A stretch of DNA of 63,691 nt, filler included, from Dicyema japonicum (GCA_011109175.1; 10 parts of 10 records of this genome joined end to end with filler, not necessarily neighbours in it), one strand, 5' to 3'. Positions 49,610 to 62,083 are shown, counted from the whole stretch's first letter. The notes: a model not told the origin generated them from the sequence alone. Numbers and translations are program-made.

Positions 49610-49980
49610 TAATGCGATATCCAAGATTGTCACACAAAAGCAGGTGGATACCCCTCACAACCTCATTATGCTTTTGCTTAATCGTCGATTAACATAAATG
49701 TTCAGTTCTTATTTTTTGCTTAGAGTGTTGACACCAACCAGCATGTCAACAGAAAAAGTTCATGTCATGTAGGAAAGTTATAAGCGCCTTCGTTATGTTT
49801 CCATACTGAAGTTATACAGAAATCACATCCACGTGAAAGTTCTTAAAGACATCAAAAAGACGACTATCAATCTTTTTTACATTGGTTTTTCGAATTATTA
49901 CTCTCTTTTTGGTTAAGCTCATGTTTGAAAGTGAGTTTATCTTAATTCCCTAATAGCCAATATTTGCCATCTTCCTCTCG
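49610..49980 (-). mobile_element. Degenerate R4-like fragment
   Basis: QKHNEVVRGIHLLLCDNLG. Confidence 0.5.
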
Positions 49981-50439
49981 GGTGTTGCTACTATTTCCCC
50001 ACCATACACAGCAAATGCATATGGATTACATTACGTAGGCTCTAACCTTACATAGGAATGTACAATCGGTCTATAATTGTCAACATTAGTAAAAATAATT
50101 ATCCCTGAATACTCGACGAATACTAAGATTTCAACATAATCTAGTTCGGTCTCAATCAGTCCAATATAAAAGATAAACAGAAAAATGCTCTTTTAATGCT
50201 TGAAATGAAATCCTTGCGTTAATTTCTGCCTTGCAAATTCAGTTTGCTCTTTCATTCCCCCTACCACTGTTTTTTCATATCATTCAAGACTATGGTGTTT
50301 ACAAAATTGCGAAATATTTATGTTCCTCTGTGAACAACTTATATAATCATTATTATTTATGCCAAACCATGTTCATCACATTTAAAAGATAGTTAGTGAT
50401 GATTTCGTTCTAATTAATCTACTTGCCTCGGGGATCGCT

Positions 50440-50725
50440 ACCGATTTACTTCTGTTGCGACCGAATCATCGGGAGCCGTTGGTCTAATAACGGCTGAATT
50501 CTTGCAAGAACTCGGAGGATTGCTTGCCAGAAAGAAAAGGGATCAACGAGAAGGGTTATGGCTAAGACAAAAGATAGGAATAACCATACTCCGATTGCAA
50601 GAACTCGGAGGATTGCTTGCCAGAAAGAAAAGGGATCAACGAGAAGGGTTATGGCTAAGACAAAAGATAGGAATAGCCATACTCCGAGGGAACTCGTTCG
50701 CAATCCACGCAGCAGGCTTCCTCGA
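50440..50725 (+). mobile_element. CRE-like 3' end with a 90-bp duplication
   Basis: VATESSGAVG...EFLQELGGLL...WLRQKIGIAILRGNSFAIHAAGFLD*. Confidence 0.75.
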
Positions 50726-51986
50726 CTGACATTTGTTTAATTGTTAAAAAAAATTTTTGTTTAAAAAAAATTAATCTACTTAATGGTTAGAAACGCAAAA
50801 TAAACAGTATCAGAGATATACTATTCACCTGTAAAATCCCCATCACTGTTTGAGTTACCCAATTTTCTTTTTGTTATAACCGGTTTCTGTAATTATCCAA
50901 ACACTACTTTCAAATTATTTTTATCTTTTATATTTTGGAAGCAAATGGATTACAATCCAGGTATCAGAATCTTTAATATTTGTAATTATCCAAACACTAC
51001 TTTCAAATTATTTTTATCTTTTATATTTTGGAAGCAAATGGATTACAATCCAGGTATCAGAATCTTTAATATTTCCGATTGAGAAATACCAATCAATTGA
51101 AAGTTTTAAACATTCAAGATGATTGCTGATTCCTCTGATTCCGAAACAACTTGTTTAGGAACATCATCGCTGATATAATTAATTCGATCCCGGATAAATC
51201 TCAATTTTAAAAGATCTGGAAATTGATGTAAAAAGCATTAAATAGATGGAGCTTCTTGTATCCGACACTTAATTTTAAGCTTCCGATATCTCCCGAGTCT
51301 GACACCTCGCCATGTTCACGGGAAAACGGAAGACATTATTTCATCCATGTTTAAGCTAAGTAGCAATAGGGGGGACATTGTCATCCCAACTTTCCAACCA
51401 ATTAACCATTTTTTGCATAGGACACAATACCATTTATGTCCCCACATTGCTCATGAATTGGATCCATTTCGATTTTTTTTCATTTAGTGAATTCTGCATT
51501 TCTTAAATTAAGCGAATTTTTGTTTATATACTCAAAATTTGCCGTGGCATTAAAGTTCATGAAATAATTGCAAAATTAATTGTTTATAATATTAATTTGA
51601 GGTTATAAAATTACAACTGAATGGTTTTCAATGCTATATTACATTTTAGATACTATTCAAAGTTCATGAAATAATTGCAAAATTAATTGTTTATAATATT
51701 AATTTGAGGTTATAAAATTACAACTGAATGGTTTCCAATGCTATATTACATTTTAGATACTATTCCCTGATACACATAGAAGGTTCTCAGTCAACTACTA
51801 ATTATGTCCAGTTTTTATGTTCCCAGTCACTGAAGAACGATTTTTTAAATATACAGAAACGATTTTATAACCACAGTTGTGGAAACACCGTCCTGAACAG
51901 ACGTCCCTGAGAGAGGATCACATAACGCCACGGTATTTGAACAAAGGAAGAAAGGGACAGCATAGAAGAGAACTTTCGACTAAGTA

Positions 51987-52040
51987 ACCATGATGGGAAT
52001 TGAACACATAACCATTTTCATGACATTCTAACCTTAAGCT
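51987..52040 (-). pseudogene. Possible tRNA-derived relic
   Basis: Minus strand AGCTTAAGGTTAGAAT (D-arm-like) ... ATGTG TTCAATT CCCAT CATGGT (T-arm-like). Anticodon arm is broken. Confidence 0.3.
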
Positions 52041-52129
52041 GCCTCGATTTTCAGTCTCGACTTACGTGTTTTTATTCTTGATTTAATTTATTAACTCTTT
52101 ATAATTTGAATATATCACTGTCCTATGCA

Positions 52130-52545
52130 TTTGCCCTGTAGAGATTCGCACTGTCAGAGACAATGTTGAAATTTGTGTGGACAGCACAATTAATACCGAG
52201 ACAAATATTGAGCATAACTAGCCTGATATATTTGTTCTCGATTAAGAACATGATTACACTTATTGAGATTGGCATCACTTTCCAGCAGTCATTAAAGCAA
52301 GTCGAAGTGGAAAACTGCACAAATATGACCTGCTTGCAAGTGAACTGGGACTAATACATAATGCTAAGGTTAACATTGTGCCAATACTGCTTACCTGGGA
52401 TGGTATCAAAGTTTTATAAACATCACCATGCTTCGATTAATGTGGAGAGTCCTATAAGATCGTACATTCAATCTCATGTGATCAGGAAAACCTTGGAGAG
52501 CATGCGAGTAGAACACAAATATGGACTCTTGAAGAAGGATTGATG
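52130..52545 (+). mobile_element. R4-like RLE / 3' end fragment
   Basis: TLIEIGITFQQSLKQVEVEKLHKYDLLASEL; YIQSHVIRKTLES. Confidence 0.75.
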
Positions 52546-53194
52546 GACGTTACCATTAGAGAAAGACTAACGAGCCAAATATGCCACCTTGGAGAGGAAC
52601 AGAATGGACAAATTGGGACAACGAAGACTTTAGATGTTATTCAGGATGAATCTGTGTTATTGGTCGGGTTGGGCAAAAAAGAGGAGAATGTGCTAGGGAG
52701 GATAACATAGAAGGAGTCCCTTATTAGTTAATTTATTTCTGACGTTAATCTTAAATTAATTTTATTTAATTTCTAATATATTCTTCAGATTATTGTAATC
52801 TACCTGTCTCAGCGAAAAAGGATCATTTTCTCTTCCCCACTCCACTGGAAAGGTTTATACAACTGCAACCCACCCACTTTACTGGAGGGATCCCATATGT
52901 GACATGCGCAGAGCGCACATCAATATTTTCGGCAAAAAACATAAAAAGAACAAATTTTTAGTAATGCCGAAAATCAACGGCATCTTTAATTTGTGTCACT
53001 ATAAAGTTTTGTTACAATACAAAATAATATACTTTAAATTTTAGAAATCAACAAATATATTCTGTAATATTAAGGCCAGTTTATTTTACAAAAGTAATGT
53101 TAATAATTTAGTTAGAAATATTTCCTTTTTCATTAGCAAAGACGCCTTTTCTACGAGCAATTTATTGTTTGGAGTTCTCCAACACACTCTAGAT

Positions 53195-53270
53195 CAGTGG
53201 TTCTCAACGAGGGACGAATCGCCCCTTTTAGGTGATTTTTCTGATCAAGGGGGCGATGGTCTTCGAGAAG
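53195..53270 (+). mobile_element. Buster-group hAT/MITE left terminus
   Basis: CAGTGGTTCTCAAC preceded by CTCTAGAT (central TA). Confidence 0.6.
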
Positions 53271-53449
53271 CTCATTGTCATAAAAAAATTAAAGACGGAT
53301 AAATAATAGAGTCTTATATTATTTATATTTTTTTAAACACAAATTTATTCCATCGATCCAAAGTGGATCCCGCCGACATTATAGACGTTATTTATATTAT
53401 ATTAAAATTATAACATTTATATTATATTTCATTTATAAAATTTTTGTTG

Positions 53450-55915
53450 TGATGTTGTACATGTCCGTTTCTAATCATACCGAGAAATCGAATCCTATGG
53501 GCCTTCCTGTAAAATCAAATAAAGAAGATAGTATAGTAGAAGCAGGACCTTCGTCTGTGGGGCTGGATAATGTCACAAGAACTAATATCAACATCGTTGG
53601 GAATATTGGTGCCAAAACCAACTTGCATTCACTATAAGAAGATAGTATAGTAGAAGCAGGACCTTCGTCTGTGGGGCTGGATAATGTCACAAGAACTAAT
53701 ATCAACATCGTTGGGAATATTGCTGCCAAAACCAACTTGCATTCACTATCTGCCATTATTGAAGAGGTCCACTGTGTCTCTGAAGCTGAGTGGGTATCTC
53801 AGATTTTTCTTTCCTCGAAACAAAGATTTGGAAGGATACCTAGAGGTGGCTGGAACCTCGTACTTAAAAAGTTCAATGAAAAGTTCATAAGAGTTCCAGT
53901 CTATGTCAGCTAAAAAAGATGCTGAAACCTGAAAATCGGAATAACAATGTAAAAGGAGGCGAATGTTTCAAAGTGCAAAATAATACTAATGTTGAAATTT
54001 CCACCTTCAGAAATTGCCTTGAGGAACTAAAAGTACAAATTGAGAAAATTAAGTCAATTCCGAGGGATACTCGAAAACTATTACCCAAAATTCAGAGAAA
54101 GTATGTCAGAGTTAATGTTTTGTCGGGTCTAAATTCTGCAATATATTACGAAAGATAATCCGCCTCAAGATATCAAATTACTGATATTCTATATGCTGCA
54201 CAGTGTGCTTATTTGGCTTTAACTGCGAAGGTTAAACCGCAAAGTACGTGGTTGGAGAACACTGAAAAGAAAATCTCAAAGCTGATGGCAGAACTAGAAC
54301 TTGTCAATCGCTTTTCCAGACAAGCTCTCCCTGTGTATGAAAAACAAATGGTTAACTGAAAAGAAAATCTCAAAGCTGATGACAGAACTAGAACTTGTCA
54401 ATCGCTTTTCCAGACAAGCTCTCCCTGTGTATGAAAAACAAATGGTTATAAATGTTCTTTGTGCCTATGGATACAAAAGGGCCAAAAAAGGGGAGGTTGC
54501 CAGGATTGAGGCTCTACTATGTGACCTTGTCAGAATTAAGAAATTAATCAGGAGGATCCTACTACACTGACTTATTTTACAAATCATTTGTTATTCATTG
54601 ATGACCTAAAGATATTTGGGCTAAAAGAATATACTGTTATTAAAATGATGAAAGTTGTTCGAATTCGGAAAAGTCACTTTCTAATGCTAAATCGCTATCA
54701 TGTTGTGAGACTCTGGAAGGAGTCAGTGGATATCGATATTTGGGTGTTTTTGAAGACGAGGGAAGTAATGTTCTTAAAGGCAAGGTTATGAATTCCATAC
54801 TTGAAAATGTTAAGAAGAGAATAACCATACTTTCAAAAACAAAGTTAAATTCTGTAAACTTATTTCGCGCAATAAATGAACTCTCAATGTCCCTAACTAT
54901 TATATTGGATTAATTAATATTGAACCTTATGAATTTGATGATTTTGACCAACAAATACGCCAACTGCTTACGTCACTCAAGTTGCACCTCAAACCTGCAA
55001 ATGTATTTGGACAGGAAGACTTTTGGAAGAGGACTTTCCTCGATTTCATTAAAGAGCGAATTAATTCTTTTCCAGTTTTTTAAAAGTTTGGAAAAACAGT
55101 CGACTGTGTGTTTACGAAGGTCGGGGATTCTGCGAGAAATAAAAACAAAAAAATGACACTTGGCTACAATCGGAGGATTTCTAGCCTCTAAATATGCAAT
55201 TGACGACAGGGAAAGCATGGATATTAAGTCCCTCAAGGACACTCAGAAAAAATATTTATTAAATAAAATTTATTGCAGAACACTACACTCAATTATGTTC
55301 AAATGTATTGATGAAACAAACGTCGACCTATATACTTACTCAGAATGGTAATCCAAAGGAAATAACGGCCCACGGAGCGAAGCATTGTACTGTGTTTTGC
55401 AAGATAGGAATTTGTTTTTTGCACACACGGGGTCATTATGCAACCATTGTAAAAAAAGCAAGAAAACTGTTGATCATTTGGCCACTCAGTGTGGAAAAAT
55501 GCTAAATAGTGATTATCTCCGAAGACATAATGAAGTGGTAAAGTGCATCCATCTTCATCTTTGTCGAATTTATGGAATCACAAGAAGCATGAAATTGAAA
55601 GGACATTCGGTTCAGTCAATATTGACGAATCAAAATGTCGAAATTAGAGTTGACACGTCGATTTTGACAGAATCAAAATTACAATACAATAAACCTGATA
55701 TTTTTGTGCATGACAAAACAAAGAAAATAACTTTAATTGAAGTGGGAATTAACTCACAAGACCGACTAAAGCAAGTTGAAGTTGAGAAATTTCACAAATA
55801 TGACTTGCCTGCAAATGAACTATCGCTGCCAAGTGAAGATTATTCCAGTGGTTTTGTCATGGGATGGAGTTGTCTCAAGATGCTTCAAGAATCATATGGA
55901 TAAATTATCTATTAA
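53450..55915 (+). mobile_element. R4/Dong-like element with 5' ORF start, RT core deleted
   Basis: N-terminal ORF (RKLLPKIQ, DILYAAQ) jumps to TNHLLFIDDLKIF at about 54585, then LYLDRK..GRGL, QDRNLFF, CNHC..DHLATQC, RRHNEVV, NKPDIF, LIEVGI. Confidence 0.85.
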
Positions 55916-56470
55916 AGAGTCAACGAATCTCCGTGCAACATTTTGCGACATCTTGTAGCACAATGATTGACGGTTTTCTTCCATTTTTTACACAAGGTGC
56001 AAATCTTGTTCAGTTCTCCAAAGAAGAGATTTCTGTCCTGGACTAAACAGAACAAGGCTTCCGATTTTGGAGAATTTATCCCTTTTGCTAGCCACAGAGA
56101 TGAAAATTCAGTGTTTACAAATTTTTCCGCTAGGTTTTCTTGCGAATGAAGACTTTTCATACTTATTTGTTTCTTTAAGTTTTCTCTTTGTGAATTGCTT
56201 TAAAAAGGTTGACCGAGTTCAATTTAGTGTTTACTAATTTTTAGCATACTTCAGAAAATATTGTTTTAAGCACGTCTGCCTTGTTAATTTGCCCAGATGG
56301 GCCTTCCAATACACCCACTTATATCCATCAATTCCATCAATTACGTTAGCTTCATTTGATAACAACACAGAATTAGTAGCCGATCAAGTTCTTTTCGAGA
56401 CCAACAGAATTGAAATATAAATTTACTTGTTTTATCATCTTAAGAGTAACTTCATCTATAAGATTTAGCG
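55915..56470 (-). mobile_element. Inverted R4-like fragment abutting the previous element
   Basis: YFNSVGLEKN; KSLHS..WLAKGINSPKSEALFCLVQDRNLFF..CTLC..TVNHCATRC. Confidence 0.75.
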
Positions 56471-56689
56471 TGGCGTTATGTGGCTCACCGGATGCAACAA
56501 CTCTGGAGGCCCTCAAAATACTCCTAAAGCATTTCCAAAAAGAGCCATTAGCTCTCTTCCACCGGGGGTACATGTCGCCCACGGTCGACGGATTACTGGT
56601 CTGGCTACAGCTTCTCGGATTCGCAACCCACACAAGTCAAAGAATCGGATCTCCGTTATAAAACGAATGTACAACTGTGTTATACAACT

Positions 56690-58700
56690 GATGTGAACGG
56701 AATAAAAAGCAAAATTATTGAACTTATAACTCTGATTGATAAACTTAAAGCTGTGCTCATCCAAGAATCGAAGCTATCTGCAAAAGATACTGCGCCCCTC
56801 TTTCCCGGATACAACATAATACGATCGCACTAAAAAAACATGGAGGAGGACTACCTACATTAATCAGAAAAGGCATAAAGTATGAGGACCATACACTCGA
56901 AGCGAAGAAACTTTTGGGGAATGATAAAACCACGGAGACAATCGGAAAATCTGTTGGCACAACAAAATAAAGACTTGTAAACATGTATATTCCTCCTCCG
57001 GGCTCATGTCCTAAACATTACACTATGCCGGACTTATTAGCACTGGAGATTTGGAACTAATCAGTCTGCAGATACAAGAGGAAATTTGCTGTTGACGCAG
57101 TCTGGCAATCATCAATGACCCATCAAAAAGCACGAGAACACCTCAAAGGAACTCTGACAATCCAACCTCCCCAGATATCAAACTCTGTTCACCACAGCTT
57201 TCAACAACAATTAATTGGTCCGTCATATACGACACCCAAAGTGATCATAACTCTATTCTGTTAAAAATCAAAAGCGAAATTACCAGTGGAAAAAAGAAAC
57301 CTGCATATACAATCTTGCAAATTGGCAATTATTCCGATACAGACCAACATTTGGCTAACATACAGCTGGAAAACTTTAACTCCCTCGATATAGTGGTCGC
57401 CTACGTCAACAAAGTCATCCTGGAAGCAAGAACAATGGCTGTCCCTAAAAGATTTGTCGCTTACACGAGAGAGTAAGGAAAAAAGGCTCTGGTCAAGGAA
57501 CGAAACCGTCACAAAAAAAGCAGGGATCTGTTCCTCCGAAGCAAGGATCCGTCTAAAAGTGCTGAACGAGAAAATAAAAGCCAATGAATTCAAAATACAA
57601 AGAGCTAAATGGAAGATGGTCTTTACGTCATTAAATCGTAGCCGGTCAACATCAGAAATCTGGAAGACAATTCGAAATATCTCGAAGGTGGATGAGAAGA
57701 CACCCGTAATTGACGAATTCAGCCAAAAGGACCTAAACGCCCTAATAAATACTATGCGAAAATCTTTCACAAAACCACAAATGGACTAACCCACCCAAAC
57801 CGCCGCTAAGAAAACCGAAAAGGGATGAATTAAATTATTTCACGGAAAGGGAGGTAATGGCATTCCTAAGCCAAACAAAAGTGACAAATTCACATGGTCA
57901 AGACGGAATTCCCATAATCCTCCTGAAAAACCTAGGAAATGAGGGAATCAGTACCCTGACCAAAATCTACAACTGATCGATTAATTATAACTCAATCCCA
58001 ACGATATGGAAATTTGCAAACATTCGCCCAGTATTGAAGCCAGGAAAACCGAAAAAAGACCCAGCTTCCTTCAGGCCTATTTTTCTCTTATGCTCCATGT
58101 CAAAAATTCTGGAAAAGCTGATCCTCGCAAAAATCAGTGAAAAAACTCCTGATAAACCATTCCAGCATGGTTTCAAAAAGGATTGGTCCACAACGAGCTT
58201 TCTCACATCCCTGACTAACTTGATTCGCTCTGGATTTCTGTGAAAGCCAAGACACCAGAAAACTATGTCATAACATGCTCAAAAACGTCCACAAAGCTTA
58301 CGACTCTATGCCGAGGAAGAACTTAACATGGAAAATTTACCAATCAGATATCCCTGAAAACCTCAAACGCTGGCTAATGAACTTCCTTAGCGTACGAAGA
58401 GGTAGAGTGTGCATTGGAAACATTCATTTTGTCTCCCGTTTATTCCCCAATGGAGTACCTTAGGAATCGTCGCTATCACCATTACTATTAAACCTGTTTA
58501 CGGCTGACATTCCGACGCCGAATGGAGAAGACGACCTGCTTCTGGCTTATGCAGACGATATCGTCTTAGCCTCATGGGATCAGAACACCCAAACAGCGAC
58601 GGAAAGAATACAACACCACATGGATCGACTAGTCGAGTGGTTTAAAGAAAATCGGATGTCAGTCAATACCGAAAAAACTGTTACAACTCTCAACTCTCTA
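56690..58700 (+). mobile_element. Degenerate Jockey/I-like LINE ORF2 (APE + RT)
   Basis: VNGIKSK..LIQESKL..FPGYNI; NMYIPP; PGKPKKDPASFRPI.LL..SKILEK; QHGF; KAYDS; NGVP*..LSPLL; AYADDIVL. Confidence 0.85.
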
Positions 58701-59218
58701 TTGGTTAGATTAAACCAACATTTCTAAATCTATAATAAATGCATTTAAAAACTCAAAAAAGCTTCGGTAAGTTACCTTTGCATTAATTTTCTAAACTTTT
58801 ACATCGAAGTAAGTAAATCAAAATCTTAATACCCTCAAACAAGTTTTGTGAAATGAAAGGAAAATCAAATCCGACTAAGCATTAGTGACCTCATTGATCG
58901 TAGAGAAAGTGAATGGAATGAGAAAATCAGATAATTTTACAGTAGCATCTGTGAAATAGTAATAAAAATGATAAACTTGTTAGTTTGAAATGTTTTTTAG
59001 ACAAAAGACTCAATAAAAAGCTGTTGTTGTGAAAATTCGTGAGTTGATAGAAAATTCACCAGAATATTTTCTAATAACAGTCTTAATCTTTTCAACGACC
59101 TTCCTGATTTGAATGCGGNNNNNNNNNNNNNNNNNNNNNNNNNNNNNNNNNNNNNNNNNNNNTTAATTAATTAANNNNNNNNNNNNNNNNNNNNNNNNNN
59201 NNNNNNNNNNNNNNNNNN

Positions 59219-60244
59219 AAAATTATTATTAGAAATCGCAAAATTATATCTGCAACGCTTTAACAGTATTTTTGAATGATGTCTCGTGAATGCCGTCTGC
59301 ATCGACTATTATTGTTAATAATACTCAACCAACATATGATTTGTTACTATTTGAATTGAATCACCGAGATTTTGTGGAAATAACAATGACCACGAAAGAT
59401 ACGGTCAATTGGTTGGCTCAATATCAGCTAATCAAAAATTCGATGAAATGCGAAAACTGCAGCACGGATTGCCGTCTTCTTTCAGACAAATCCCTACTCG
59501 ACAAATTAAAGTGGAAATGTAAAACATGCAATTTCTCAAAATCGATTCGAGATGGCAGCTTTTTCTCACATAGTCATCTTGAATTGAAGCAAATTTTGGA
59601 CTATATCTATTTTTGGGCACTCAACTCAGAAACGATTATCTGCAGCAAAGAATCTCGATCAGACTTTAAAAAAAACATCAATTGATTGGGGCAACTTTTT
59701 ACGTGATGTATGCGTAAAGTGGGTCGAGGACCATCCTTGTTCTCTCGGTGGAATTAACCCAGAAACTATGTTGCCAATTGTCGTAGAAGTGGATGAAACA
59801 AAATATTTTCATCGAAAATACGCAAGAGGTACCTGGCACAAAGGGCATTGGGTTGTTGGTGGAAAAAAGAGGGGCAACCCTAGGAATATTTTTCTGGTCG
59901 AAGTTCCTGATCGGAGTCGAGACACGCTGATTCCAATAATCCAAACTCATGTACAGACCGGATCGATTATCTGTACGGATTATTGGCCAGCCTACAATAG
60001 AGTTGCTGTAAAAAATGTAGTTTTAAAAAAATTTACTAAGTTGCTGTAAAAAATGTAGTTTTAAAAAAATTTACCAAGTTGCTGTAAAAAATGTAGTTTT
60101 AAAAAAATTTAAATTTAGGGTTGCCACAGTATTGTACATATAAATTTAATTATAATAATTTTTAAAAAATAATATTAATTTAGTTGCGATTTCTAATCAG
60201 AATTGGTCCCTTATGATTTTAAGACGCTAAAACACGATATCGCC
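59219..60244 (+). mobile_element. Merlin (ISXO2/IS1595-like) DNA transposon, frameshifted and 3'-deleted
   Basis: C..C...WKCKTC zinc ribbon, SIRDGSFF, VEVDETKYFHRKY.RG, WVVGG, TDYWPAY. About 90-bp right TIR ending GATATCGCC. 38-bp x3 tandem repeat at 60001-60112 replaces the C-terminus. Confidence 0.85.
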
Positions 60245-60899
60245 TTACATTATTTCAAACTTAGTTTTCTTCATCTCGTTTATCAAACACCGAAAATCTT
60301 TCAGCTGTATAGACGTGTAATAATGCCCCAAATCCATTGCTGAATTATTCCTGTAACAAGTTTTTGTATCCTCCGAACGAAGTCGTACAGATACTTTTGG
60401 ATATAAAAACAGTAAGATATACCCTTTATTTCCATCAAATTTCATCAAGTTGCGGGAACTTTAACTTTTGACTGTTTTTGTAAGTGAATTTTTAGTTTTG
60501 AATTGTTCCAGAATTGACTCACGACTTTTTAAAATAGCGTTAACTGTCCTCCCGTAAATTTTCAATTAAAACAAAAAGGAAAATTTATCAGAAATTCTTT
60601 GGCATGAGAATAAGTTGTTGTCATCCTTATAACGTAATATTTGCACTTTTTGTAAGAGTGAGTCTTGTATATCGAACACTAGAATCACATCCAGGAGCCT
60701 TCGAACAGTACTCCATTGACTCGTCGCTACCATCCGCTTCAGTTACCCTTACGTTCAGTCTAAAGCTCAGCTCATTTCAAAATACATTAAAAGTTTCAAA
60801 AGAACTGCAAAATTATTCCGAATATCTGAATGTGGTAACATGCTGTTTTTGCCAAAACTTCTGAAATACTTCTCAGAGTATTTTTAATTGAAGAGGAAA

Positions 60900-61160
60900 C
60901 GAATAAGTTAACCTACATCTAGAACGTCCACTTAAAGAACGGAAATCCCGGCCGCGATATGATAATTGGCCCTTTAAAAAACTTGATTTATGGAAATTTT
61001 CCCACCTCTGTGAGAACGCTATGGAAGAGCGCGTGATTCGAATGCGCAGGTGGCAACATAACATTCATGTGCTTACTCCAGGTGTTAAAGTTGTACTCAG
61101 GATTCATACGGACCAAAACACTAAAGTTCGGCGAATAGGGTTAAATAAATATATTTGACT
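60900..61160 (+). mobile_element. Possible Ginger-like C-terminal fragment
   Basis: RMRRWQ...LTPGVKVVLRIHTDQNTKVRR resembles the 8.0-8.1 kb segment. Confidence 0.35.
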
Positions 61161-61379
61161 TCAACGTTATATAGCTCTAGTCATGTATATGTTGCGAAAT
61201 TTCCAAAGCCAACCAGTTTAAAGGGATTTGAATAGTAAGGAATGCAAAGACCTGGATTCAATCCTCTTCATTTTCCATCTCGCCGGGACAGTTTCGATTA
61301 ATTCCAACAGAAACTTTCTTTGTTCTCAATATCATATTTAAAAGCTAGAAATTTTGTGATTTTTGATAAGTGCAATTAA

Positions 61380-61900
61380 TTTGTTTTAATTGATTACGGA
61401 ATCTCAGACCTCCTCAGGCAGACTAAGACATTCTTTCATTTTTGGGGATTCATTTCCAACCTAAGTTTCGAAAAATTGCAGGAATATTTCTATCTTTCTA
61501 CAATCTTATCCTCTTTATGTACAACGAGTTTAAGATCATCCACAAAAATTAATTCAGAATCGAGTAAGTCACCATAATCGAGTATTGTTGATTAATTAAC
61601 AATTTGTGGACTTTGAATTTAATATTCGACTGAGATGATCCATTTCCATAACGAACAATTGGGGAGAACGTGAATGACCTTGTAAGATCTCACAACCAAG
61701 CTTCGTTGATTAATTTGGAGGCTTGCCGTCCAATTCTTATCAATAATTTTCACAAAGGTGGTTATCAACAAAGAAATCCCTAAACAATCCAGCACAAAAA
61801 AAGCGCAGGTTGAATCCCTCGCCATTCGGCTCTTAACAAGATCACTCTCGAGGCCCTCGAAAAGGCAGGGTATCCTTCTGTCCTTCCCCTCGAAAAGGCA
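61380..61900 (-). mobile_element. Degenerate R4-like RT fragment
   Basis: EILQGHSRSPQLFVMEMDHLSRILN; LIFVDDLKL. Confidence 0.65.
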
Positions 61901-62077
61901 GGACAAATTCCCTTCTTCCTCGAGACTCTATTTTTCTTAGGGACGCCTATTAGATTAGACATTTCATAAACAGCAAAATCTGGAATTAACCATAAAAATT
62001 TTTAAATAATTGTCTCTTAGAGCATTCTCTGCCTGGGAATATTCACTGCCTATAAAAATTATTAAATGTTTGTTCGG

Positions 62078-62083
62078 AAAAAA
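62078..62083 (-). terminator. Pol III oligo-T terminator of tRNA-Phe
   Basis: T6 on the minus strand immediately 3' of the tRNA. Confidence 0.6.

Noticed and set aside
50446-50740. ORFs with internal 30-aa repeats (also 53449-53756)
   Set aside because: Caused by local duplications inside retroelement fragments.
60245-60448. piggyBac-like GYIL..LY / HYYTSIQL motifs
   Set aside because: Too short and degenerate, with no TTAA-bounded ends found.
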